Assembly (NCBI GenBank): GCA_965140445.1
Contig: OZ223236.1
Span: 1,312,001-1,376,000 of the forward strand
Source: Candidatus Ozemobacteraceae bacterium
GTDB lineage: Bacteria > Muiribacteriota > Ozemobacteria > Ozemobacterales > Ozemobacteraceae
Direction of reading: 5' to 3'
Length of the DNA stretch: 64,000 nt
A program made the translations under genes and the position numbers. The first letter of the stretch is position 1, and each line of letters opens with the position of its first letter. Below the pieces are notes generated by a model that worked only from the letters and a program-made list of their open reading frames with translations, searched no databases and was not told the DNA's origin. Below are positions 39,301 through 47,093 of the stretch, piece after piece.

Positions 39301-41912
39301 CTGTAATAGATCCCTCCGTCAGAATCCCTTTTTTGTGTGTAAAACCATTTTTGTCGGAGAATATTTAGTTTAATGTCTCCGCGATTAATTTTATTGCCTT
39401 GTTTATCAAGGGCGATTACCTGAATTGGAAATTCCTCGCCTTGTGTAAGGGTTCCTGGTAGCTCAGATATTCCAAGCTTAACTTCTGACTCAGGATTGTA
39501 GCTTTGTAAGCCTGTAGATGGTCGCCCATCAACATCGAGAACAGTTGCGCTTACCTCAATGCTATTCATTCCACTTAAAATTGAATCGGAGATTGGAAAT
39601 GCCAAAGTCAGTTCTCCATCTTTGTTAAGAACTGAATTGCCTGATTCAATAAGGTTTTTTTCAGAATCATTGCTACCAAACTTGAATTGGGGATAATTTT
39701 TAACGTTAACTGAGTTTCCAACAAGGTAAGCTGTCCATTGCACTTTTCCGTGTCTTACTGGCCCACCGGTGTAGTAGAGACCTTTTACTTTGCATTCAAG
39801 GTATTTCTGCTCAGTGGTCTTGCCGACAATGCTTTTTACAGTGTGGATTCCCTGCTTCATCTCAAGCTCAACATAGTGTCTTGGTGGCTCAAAATCTTGA
39901 ACTTCAAAACCTGTCTGTGCAACACTTTTATAGGTTTTTGATGAATCAGGTGCCTGTTTAGTTTTTTTACTGGTTTTTTTGGCGGGTTTTGGGCTTCTAT
40001 TTAATAGATAGTCCCATTTTGATTCACTATCATCTTCGGTGGCAGTTTTATTGGGAATTTCAAGCTCTACATTGATTTGATATCTTCCGAGAGGGGAATA
40101 ATCTTTTAAATTTAATTCTCCAGAGCAAGTTCCAAATTCGCTTATTTTATGAATTTCAGAATATATTTTTTCGTCCTTGGAATCGTGAATGGTGACTCTT
40201 GCAGATTGATTTACGGGGGGGAGGATCTCATTGTTCACGTATTCACGAATAGTTGATTTCCAGAATACTTTTTCACCTTGTTTGTATACGCCTCTTTCTG
40301 TGAAAACGTGTCCCTTGGACGAAAGAGAAATACTTGAACCCGGTTCTGTCTGGCTTACTGTTGAAGGGAAAAATCTATTTGAATTAAGACTGACAAAGGA
40401 ACTGTCTTTTTCTGTCGCAACCGTTGCAACTCGCAAATCAGAAATATTGAGTTTGTTTTTACTCAATTCTGGTAATTCATTGTTCCATTTCAGGCTTGCG
40501 AATTCTTGTTGATCTTTTAAGATGATAAGACCATTTGAATCAGTTTTTCCTGGAAAAAGACTTACTCCATTTTTATCTGAAAGCATCAAAAAAGCGTTTT
40601 TTATCGGTTCGCCAGATTCAATGGAAGTTACCCAAAATAAAAGGTCTTTTCCGCTGAATTTGTAAGTTATCGAAAGGTCTGTGATTTGAAATAACCTAGA
40701 GGCTTGCTGTCCTTCTTCCACATCAATTTCGTTAACTCTTATGATTAGTGGGCCTCCGACTTCTGGTTGTGGCCTTGAATCAAGTGGGAGTGAGAAGAAA
40801 TATTCCTTGTCAGGGTTCTCAGAGCCAATGTAAGCCTCGCTGTCAGATGAGAAATCAGGCCTGGTAAAATTTTCAAAGCCTTCTGGTAGGGTAGCGTTTG
40901 AAAGCTGAGACAAGGCTTTTAACTTATTAACAGAATTGAGGAGAAGATTGTCTAGTGTGGCTGCTGCTTTTGCAACCCTTTTTCTTGCTTCATCATTGAT
41001 CCTGCGTGCATCGGAGTTGTTAGGTCTTTCTGCTTCTGCATCTGCAAAAACAGTTAGATCCTCAAAATCTTTAGCAAATATTGCTGGAGTACGCATTAAC
41101 TGACATTTAAAATTTCTTGTGTTGATGAAGCTTAAGGGTATTAATTGCTTACTTTTTAGTTCTATTACCGACCTATCTGCATCAAATCTGATTTCTGGCT
41201 TTGGTCCGGAAGCTTTAAACTTGTAGCTGGCTGGAAATAACGCGGTTTTTGTTCTAGAAAGATACGCGCCATTGATTTTGATTTCGTAACTGGTGCCGGT
41301 TTTAAAATTTCCATAAACTCTATATTGGTTTGCATTTCGATTATATACTTCGCGCACGTTTACATAGCCAATTGGGGGAAAGACTTTAACAGCTTTTCGA
41401 AGATCTGTATCTTCAACATCTTTATTGAGATAAAGATAAACACCCTTATTTGAAGTTGATTCGAAATATGGATTAAAATTCTCAACAACAACTTCTGGAC
41501 ATGTTTCGAAGGAAATTACTTCGTTTTCTGATAATTTCAATTTGCCATCCGCAGATTTCAAATTTTTACCGATTTTTAGTGTGTAACTGGCTGGTTTGTT
41601 CGACACATTGGATGGGGCAATTACAAATTCTTTTCTTTCAGATGCTTGCAAAGATTTGTCATTTTCTTTTTTTAAGAATTTGAAACTGGATTGCTTATTG
41701 TTTTCAAAAAGATTAAGTTTTTTTGAAATTTCAAGGGTCGAAACTGGAGCGTTAAACGAAATTTTCATGCTCCAATTGAAAGGCTGAGTTTTTCCTTCAA
41801 TGCTAAAGTTCGTTGTCATTAAAAGATTTTGTTCTTTAGACCAGGCGGTGGAAAAATTTGTTAAAAAAAGAAGGAATACCAAAAATATAAAAAATCTGGA
41901 TTTGTTTTGCAT
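36330..41912 (-). CDS. Bacterial alpha-2-macroglobulin (thioester type)
   Basis: Signal peptide; FTERGVYKQGE, VVDEAIL, RKDF...AYWNP, LPDSTT, LPRFL, thioester YPYGCVEQ, DPIPAGF. Confidence 0.93.
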   Translation of the reverse strand: MQNKSRFFIFLVFLLFLTNFSTAWSKEQNLLMTTNFSIEGKTQPFNWSMKISFNAPVSTLEISKKLNLFENNKQSSFKFLKKENDKSLQASERKEFVIAPSNVSNKPASYTLKIGKNLKSADGKLKLSENEVISFETCPEVVVENFNPYFESTSNKGVYLYLNKDVEDTDLRKAVKVFPPIGYVNVREVYNRNANQYRVYGNFKTGTSYEIKINGAYLSRTKTALFPASYKFKASGPKPEIRFDADRSVIELKSKQLIPLSFINTRNFKCQLMRTPAIFAKDFEDLTVFADAEAERPNNSDARRINDEARKRVAKAAATLDNLLLNSVNKLKALSQLSNATLPEGFENFTRPDFSSDSEAYIGSENPDKEYFFSLPLDSRPQPEVGGPLIIRVNEIDVEEGQQASRLFQITDLSITYKFSGKDLLFWVTSIESGEPIKNAFLMLSDKNGVSLFPGKTDSNGLIILKDQQEFASLKWNNELPELSKNKLNISDLRVATVATEKDSSFVSLNSNRFFPSTVSQTEPGSSISLSSKGHVFTERGVYKQGEKVFWKSTIREYVNNEILPPVNQSARVTIHDSKDEKIYSEIHKISEFGTCSGELNLKDYSPLGRYQINVELEIPNKTATEDDSESKWDYLLNRSPKPAKKTSKKTKQAPDSSKTYKSVAQTGFEVQDFEPPRHYVELEMKQGIHTVKSIVGKTTEQKYLECKVKGLYYTGGPVRHGKVQWTAYLVGNSVNVKNYPQFKFGSNDSEKNLIESGNSVLNKDGELTLAFPISDSILSGMNSIEVSATVLDVDGRPSTGLQSYNPESEVKLGISELPGTLTQGEEFPIQVIALDKQGNKINRGDIKLNILRQKWFYTQKRDSDGGIYYSWTSGWMRTQTASQKIMDGVANFDLLLAEGGQYMVQAEYQKDGVNYKTAYSFDVGYYYESYNDLDGRRRTRSENEIILIADKATAATGDTVKFRFSLPKPAKYGLITKELGGIISARVQKLDSPQGYFTEKIDENCLPNVYVTFTAPGMRGGFPIYNSQMDSEYPRTYFAVSNIKVQNTLEKLQISIAPETTGDLKARPGENKSYTIKVNLSNNAPAECEMAVCVVDEAILSLTGFNTPILDKIVDFLLPLSVFSGDLRTSIISQELYRLISTRGLTGGGLGSGDLSADMDIRKDFRPVAYWNPSLLSDKNGKAEINFTLPDSTTAYRFYVVAINKKAAFASNQRKLVVSKEFYLEPALPRFLTSGDEARFKLSLCNKTNRKNTGKFQIVETSKVNLKPEETQLELEPFTNGIAHINMSAEDGAGLASMLFSGEFEEFKDAIKKEIQINPSHTILTRHLSGSFSQNTELKPDFPDDLKTAKANELEETLKARLTISSNSWSKITPSLNYLLRYPYGCVEQTSSGIIPLAALRTLIQNGKLPGFDIQEVDKFIEAGLSRLYRMQTYSGGFSYWMGGTYPSWWGTQYAVFALSLARKAGVEIEQSRLDKALTYIRNGFFKSKSDESYRHGISALGLVNLAINGKLTTQDLVAVGKKYKNDSIELQPMMLWAATLAIGNKNPKLLAEINKLKVPSKYVFKGWYESSDRATAISLAAVISGNGSKKLADELAGALMSSIKDKGRCNSTSDTGMALFALSAYFAKYDVDENKETNIELTIGDEVKQLSTGKNGLSIDVDPEKLLKAGSIKLTASNKTLLNYSLEYGFPDLASRSENIESGFYIEKTVENLNGDKEIKIGDLLKITLEIEDSIHKNGSYSRYHYLAIEDPIPAGFIAINPALKSEDTSKYGKTDDEESYCSWENGAYTLYPDHSEIHNDKVLIFKDRIWSGRFRYTYFARAICEGTFKMKPSLVSLMYQPDYFGMTTGKIITIKEK

Positions 41913-42162
41913 TCTAATTTGTCTCCTCGCAAAAACGTATCTTCAGTTTAGCCTAGTCTGTTGTGGTTTATCAAGACCGATAAAGTTCTCTTGATTAGCA
42001 TCAAAAGCAATCTTTCTGTGCGTGAAATTGTTTGAGTCCAACCATCGACACCAGCTTTTAATTTTAATTAAGAACAGATAAGTTACAAAAAAATCATGAT
42101 CATTCTTGCGAGTGGAATTGTGGTAGATATAGTATAGATAAATAACAAGTGGAGGATTACTG

Positions 42163-43443
42163 ATGGATTTTTTCAGATTGCGTTTGGCCTGTTTGTTTAT
42201 TTTCGTGGGGTTTCTTGTCCCATGTTTTTCACAGAATGGTGGATTGCCAGTGGCAGGAGATATTACTCCTGGAGATGTTATAACTCCATTTAACGCTAAA
42301 CCTGTTCCAATAGATCTGGCCTTAAAGCGACGGGCACATTTTTTTGAAAAATCTTCTCGAAATCTGATTCTTTTCCTGGGTGCTGGGATTGCAGATGAAT
42401 CTGCTGCTTTATATCACCTGGTTAATGATAAGAGAAGAGCTGCTGCTCTTATGGAGTCTTCTGAAATAGTTCTTTCTTCCTGGCCTTGTATTTTTGGAAA
42501 TAAAAAAAATGGGCTTTTTGATCAGTTTAAGGCCAGCGGCAAATCTCTAGGTTTGGTAACCGACACTTGTCTTGAGCTTCCTTCCTTCCTGTATCCGGAT
42601 ATTGAACCTAAAAGAGCTGATATCGGTGCTTTTGATATTGTTTTTACCGGAGGCACAAAGCGTCTGGAAGAAAAAGATAAGGCCTGGAAAGATAATATAG
42701 AGAAAATGGGTTTTTCTGTTTCTCAAAGTTTTTCTGAGTTAAATCACCATTTTTCACGGAAAGCCAAAAAGATTTTTGGTGCTTTTGGAGAATTGAATAT
42801 GCCCACTCTTGATGGAAGAGAAGGAGAAATCCCTGCTTTTTCAGAATTGATGGCCGCATCTCTAAGCCGTCTTTCTTCAAACAAAGAAGGGTTTATTTTA
42901 ATCATTAATTTTAAAGGCGTAGAAAGGGCAAGGAATTCAAGCGATTTTGCTACTATGATTGACCAGATTAAGAGACAGGAAAGACTTCTGAGCAATCTTC
43001 TGTCCTACGTTACTGGTAGAAACGATACAACTCTTATGGTAGTGGCTAAGCCTGAAAATGGACATTGGCAGATTGATAAAAAAATCTTTTCCCCCGAAAA
43101 GTTGCGTGGAGAGATCGTTTCTGTGAGGCAAGTTGTCTCTGATATGCTTCAGAAACCAGATAATGCTGAAGAGCTGTTTAAAAAAATCGGATTTAAAGAA
43201 TCTTTTTCAACCTCAGAGATAAAAAAGCTTTGCGAATGGAAATGTAAAGATGAGCTGGAAAAATTAATAGCTGATAAAATCAATTCTCAGATTGGCTTGA
43301 GATATTTAGTAGAATTTGAAAATGGCTATCAAAAAGGATTTCACTCGTTTATTAGTGGAGCAGGATCTGCAATGTTTCATGGAATTTCTGATTTTGAAAG
43401 TTTCTCAAACAAAGTTGAAAGAATTATTGGCACTCTTAAATAG
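42163..43443 (+). CDS. Alkaline-phosphatase-fold secreted protein, catalytic residues apparently lost
   Basis: Signal peptide; scaffold motifs RNLILFLG, GKSLGLVT, DIVFTGG, PAFSELM, NKEGFIL, GAGSAMFHG follow the PhoA order, but the metal ligands are replaced. Confidence 0.65.
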   Translation: MDFFRLRLACLFIFVGFLVPCFSQNGGLPVAGDITPGDVITPFNAKPVPIDLALKRRAHFFEKSSRNLILFLGAGIADESAALYHLVNDKRRAAALMESSEIVLSSWPCIFGNKKNGLFDQFKASGKSLGLVTDTCLELPSFLYPDIEPKRADIGAFDIVFTGGTKRLEEKDKAWKDNIEKMGFSVSQSFSELNHHFSRKAKKIFGAFGELNMPTLDGREGEIPAFSELMAASLSRLSSNKEGFILIINFKGVERARNSSDFATMIDQIKRQERLLSNLLSYVTGRNDTTLMVVAKPENGHWQIDKKIFSPEKLRGEIVSVRQVVSDMLQKPDNAEELFKKIGFKESFSTSEIKKLCEWKCKDELEKLIADKINSQIGLRYLVEFENGYQKGFHSFISGAGSAMFHGISDFESFSNKVERIIGTLK

Positions 43444-43449
43444 AGTCGA

Positions 43450-45363
43450 ATGGAGTTTTATATGTTTGTTTACCTGTTTCATCCAGAACTAGAAAGTGGT
43501 AAAAAAGCTGTATCGCTAAACACCGTTCCAGAAACACTAAAAAACGTGATGCAGGGTTGTTTTCGCAGCAGTTATTTTTTCGAAGCTGAAGTCGGAGAAA
43601 ATTTTGCATCAGAGGCGTTTGCCGGAAAAATCCCATTAATTGGTAGCTTTAATCTGACCTTTTGCATTAGAAAGGCAAAAGATATTCTTCTTGAAGGCTG
43701 CGAATATCCTGATTTAAATATTCAGTTGCAAGTTGGCGGCCGTGTTCTGCCAGAGCTTCCATCACGAAAAGACATAGAAAAAGCGCTTAATCAGGAAGAT
43801 ACAATAATTCTTGTTAACGATTCTCCTTTTAAGCCCGAAACAGAGGTTTTTGGCTTTCAAAAGGTTTATGATGATTCAGTAAAGTGCATTGAAATCCTGA
43901 AAAAAATGGGAATTCCCCAAGAAACAATGGCTTTATATGCCACTCCAGAAGAAATCAGTGTTGAAGTTCATCCTGGTGTGATGGGGCTTGCCGGCGATCC
44001 ATTTGCCTGGAAAAAATATCATAACCTTCTTTGTTATGTTGCTGGTGTTAAAAATGTTTCAGGAAAACTCCACAAGGGTGATATTAAGACAATTGTTGTT
44101 CAATCATCTTTACCGGATTATCAGGTTTTGTTGCCTGGGAGCACACATCCGCTTCTTCATCGACCAAAGGTTGGAGTTGGAGCTTCTCACTTTGCCTATG
44201 GAACGGCAGCTTTTTCAGATTTTTGTGGTAAAAAACGTTCTGTTGAAGAATGTCTGCAAGAAACTTTCAACTGGATGAAGTTTGTTCAAACACAGATTCC
44301 GCCAATTGCAGGCATGAAAGAAAAAATTGAAGCTCTTTCTGAGATGCCTATCCCTGGCGTTTCTTCTGGAAAATCTTCTGCCGGTTCTGCTCGTGGTGCA
44401 ATTGATTCTGGTGGATTTCAGCCTTTAGGTGAAGTTCTTGTAGCAAATCAGGAAAGCTTTTTAAAGGGGCCTGAGTGTTTAACTTTCGGCTATAATTCAT
44501 TGGAAAAGGCCATCGGTGGTGGGTGGCAAAAGAGTGGTGTCCATTTAATCGTTGGAAACAGGGAGAATGGGAAAGCTACTTTCTTGAGTTCGCTGGCTTT
44601 AAAGGCTGTTGAAATTGGCTCTGTGCTTTATTTGTCGTTGGAGCACAGTCAACATGAGTTTTTGACTCGCATGGTAGTCAATATGAACCGAGTGAACCGA
44701 ATGGATTTGCTAGGGCAAATAGCCATGAAAGATGAGACTGGTGTGGCTGCCAGGAAAACTCTGGCTCGAATGGTTGGAAATCTCGCTGCAAAGCTTGGCT
44801 CAGCTTTTTTCTATAGAGGAAGTGATAGTGGAATCGATTCAATGGATGTTGATGAGATTTCTCAATTCATTGGAATGCTTCCTGAGAGCGACAGTAAAAC
44901 CTTGTTTATAGATTCAATCCCGTCCTCAATTTTTTGTGGAGAGGGCCAGGAAAGATTAACGCAATTAAAGCAACTGGCAGTATCTCAGGATATTACGATT
45001 TTTCTTTCAGTCCATGAAAGCTACGAAGAATCTAAAAAACCTCATTATATTGAACAGTCTGATTGTGTTTTGCTTGAGAAGTATCAAGGTTTTGTTGATA
45101 ACCTTATAGTTCTTGGAACAGAAAAAGTTAATCTTAGAAAATTTGTGGCCATGATGAAAGGGCAAATTGATCCTCAGTTAGTTGGAAAATTGGAGCAGAT
45201 GGCTTTACAGGCGGCAGGTGGGAAAAGACTGAAATCTGACTCTTATAGTCTTTTTAAGGTAATTCATACACGTTCTGGTCGCCGTGAAGTAGTGTTGTAT
45301 TTGTATCAACAAGATTTTTCGAGATTTTTTGAATTGGGTGCCATTCAAATTGGTCGAAACTGA
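43450..45363 (+). CDS. Degenerate AEP primase-like domain fused to DnaB/RecA-like ATPase domain
   Basis: C-half: GYNSLEKAIGGG, GNRENGKAT, LYLSLE, LFIDS, LKQLA, HTRSG; N-half follows the AEP scaffold; the true start may be ATG 43462 (GGAG upstream). Confidence 0.65.
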   Translation: MEFYMFVYLFHPELESGKKAVSLNTVPETLKNVMQGCFRSSYFFEAEVGENFASEAFAGKIPLIGSFNLTFCIRKAKDILLEGCEYPDLNIQLQVGGRVLPELPSRKDIEKALNQEDTIILVNDSPFKPETEVFGFQKVYDDSVKCIEILKKMGIPQETMALYATPEEISVEVHPGVMGLAGDPFAWKKYHNLLCYVAGVKNVSGKLHKGDIKTIVVQSSLPDYQVLLPGSTHPLLHRPKVGVGASHFAYGTAAFSDFCGKKRSVEECLQETFNWMKFVQTQIPPIAGMKEKIEALSEMPIPGVSSGKSSAGSARGAIDSGGFQPLGEVLVANQESFLKGPECLTFGYNSLEKAIGGGWQKSGVHLIVGNRENGKATFLSSLALKAVEIGSVLYLSLEHSQHEFLTRMVVNMNRVNRMDLLGQIAMKDETGVAARKTLARMVGNLAAKLGSAFFYRGSDSGIDSMDVDEISQFIGMLPESDSKTLFIDSIPSSIFCGEGQERLTQLKQLAVSQDITIFLSVHESYEESKKPHYIEQSDCVLLEKYQGFVDNLIVLGTEKVNLRKFVAMMKGQIDPQLVGKLEQMALQAAGGKRLKSDSYSLFKVIHTRSGRREVVLYLYQQDFSRFFELGAIQIGRN

Positions 45364-45364
45364 T

Positions 45365-45664
45365 ATGCCTGATTGTATTTCTTGCAAATTCACTGTTTCT
45401 GGAAGGGTTCAGGGGGTTGGATTCAGAAGGTTTGTTCAAAAACTTGGATTGAAATACGGATTATCCGGAACCGTTAAAAATAACTTTGATGGCACGGTAT
45501 ACGTTACAGCCAAAGGGAGATCAAAAGATATTGATCTCTTTCTCTCAGATGTAGAGAAAGGCTCTTTTTTTTCTAGAGTAGATGAACTTTTAATTGATGA
45601 AAAGAACTCTGTTGAAACATCAAATAGTTACCCTGTTGAAGGGGGATTTGAAATCAGATATTAA
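45365..45664 (+). CDS. acyP: Acylphosphatase
   Basis: VSGRVQGVGFR and GTVKN...GTV motifs; ATG 45365 just after the upstream stop. Confidence 0.9.
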   Translation: MPDCISCKFTVSGRVQGVGFRRFVQKLGLKYGLSGTVKNNFDGTVYVTAKGRSKDIDLFLSDVEKGSFFSRVDELLIDEKNSVETSNSYPVEGGFEIRY

Positions 45665-45672
45665 AAATACCA

Positions 45673-45936
45673 TCAATTAAGGAACGTTCTGGCGCCTATT
45701 TTATCCAAAGATTTTTTTACAGCTTCTTTTACTCTGAAATCAGGGTCATCCTGATGCAGCAAGAGTAGCCTGACAGCTTCTGAAGTTGCAACTTCTCCGA
45801 GCTTTACTGCGGCTTTTCGTCTAATAGCAGGGTCCGAAGATTTTAAATCTTTGGCACACTTTTCCTCTTCAGCGTTTCCCATGCAACCAAGTAGCAGAGT
45901 TGTTGCCATTAATAAAGCCAAAAAGATTTTTCTCAT
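45673..45936 (-). CDS. Small HEAT-repeat lipoprotein
   Basis: Lipobox LLGC; DPAIRRKAAVKLG and DPDFRVKEAV repeats; GAGG RBS before ATG 45936. Confidence 0.75.
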   Translation of the reverse strand: MRKIFLALLMATTLLLGCMGNAEEEKCAKDLKSSDPAIRRKAAVKLGEVATSEAVRLLLLHQDDPDFRVKEAVKKSLDKIGARTFLN

Positions 45937-46110
45937 TTTATCCCTCAAATCTAAAAATTAGCATAGTTTTATGAAAATAAAGTTTAATGTGCTTTTCCCA
46001 GTGTAGCACAAATTTAATTGTACCAATTAGAGATTGAAACATTGCTTTAATTGACGAGCAAAAAGAATAGTTGAAGTAAGACAGATCAACAGTTAGAAAG
46101 TAATCCTCTA

Positions 46111-46203
46111 TTACATTGTTAAGTAAACTGATGCTATAGCAACTATGATTACAAGCAAAACAATTGCATAGAACAAAACGTCATTTAAGCTTTTGCCGTT
46201 CAT
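46111..46203 (-). CDS. Putative 30-aa single-TM small protein
   Basis: MNGKSLNDVLFYAIVLLVIIVAIASVYLTM*, preceded by GGGGATAAAA; lies in an otherwise empty 400-nt gap, co-oriented with its neighbours. Confidence 0.45.
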   Translation of the reverse strand: MNGKSLNDVLFYAIVLLVIIVAIASVYLTM

Positions 46204-46352
46204 TTTTATCCCCGATTTTTTTTGGTATCCCCACCAAAATCTATAAATCTATTTGCGGAAATCATACACTATTCATTAGGAATTCGTCAAACGAGATCAG
46301 CTATCCCCCTGTGTTTTTGTGAAGTTGGTAAAAATGAATTTTTTGGCTTGAT

Positions 46353-47033
46353 TTATTTTGGGGCATCCATAATAGAGTATTCAACCTTTTCTGCTTTACC
46401 CTGTTTAATTAAAAGGTCGGAAAATTCCTCTAGCAGTAGTTCAAGCTCGTCTACGGGAGTTATATTGGCAGATGTGTAAACAAACCCAACTACATTTTTT
46501 GCGTCTTCAAAAATTTTTGTTGCTTGCGAGTCTTTTACCGGGCTCCCATAAGCTCCTTTCAATGGATTTTGGTCGGCGACCAATATCAGATTTCTTAAAG
46601 TTAAAAGCTGTCCCTCTCTGTTAAAAATATAATTTTCGTCGGGGAGGCCTGTTCTGATACACAGCTCAATTCCCGTTTTATCCTGGTCCAGGACGCTAAT
46701 TGGCAGATGGGATTTCAGGGAAAGGTGGTTGTTTATATCTACAATATTATTAATGCTATTAAACTGCTTGCGGTTTATCAGGTCTTTTACTAAAAACTCT
46801 GATGCAGGCCTACTTCTTCCTGATGGATGGAAACCAAACGTTTTCAGTAAACTTCGAATTCCTTTACGAATATGGTCTGGATACTGAAAATCGTCCTTTA
46901 GAATATGGGCGATTTCTTGCTCAACTGAGGCTTTGTAGTAGGCGTCGGTGAGACCTACGCTAACGTTACTTGCTTCTATTAGTCCAATTCTTAGCTGACT
47001 TGGTGGTAGTGAAAAAATTAAGTTCGTCTTCAT
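46353..47033 (-). CDS. B3/B4 domain protein (PheT-related tRNA-binding or editing domain)
   Basis: GFHPSGRSRPASEFL, INNIVDINN.LSL..HLPISVLD, GSPVKDS. Confidence 0.85.
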   Translation of the reverse strand: MKTNLIFSLPPSQLRIGLIEASNVSVGLTDAYYKASVEQEIAHILKDDFQYPDHIRKGIRSLLKTFGFHPSGRSRPASEFLVKDLINRKQFNSINNIVDINNHLSLKSHLPISVLDQDKTGIELCIRTGLPDENYIFNREGQLLTLRNLILVADQNPLKGAYGSPVKDSQATKIFEDAKNVVGFVYTSANITPVDELELLLEEFSDLLIKQGKAEKVEYSIMDAPK

Positions 47034-47093
47034 TTCATTTTCCGATACTGTGAATTTTACGATATTTACAAAAGGAGGCTAATCTGTTTTTTA

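Noticed and set aside
41913..42162. Riboswitch or ncRNA in the divergent a2M / phosphatase-like intergenic region
   Set aside because: Only a weak hairpin (tcaagaccga...tcttga); no recognisable aptamer consensus.
46111..46203. The 30-aa ORF as an Flp pilin
   Set aside because: Lacks the G|xxxxEY Flp motif (no Glu5) and is too short; no tad genes nearby.
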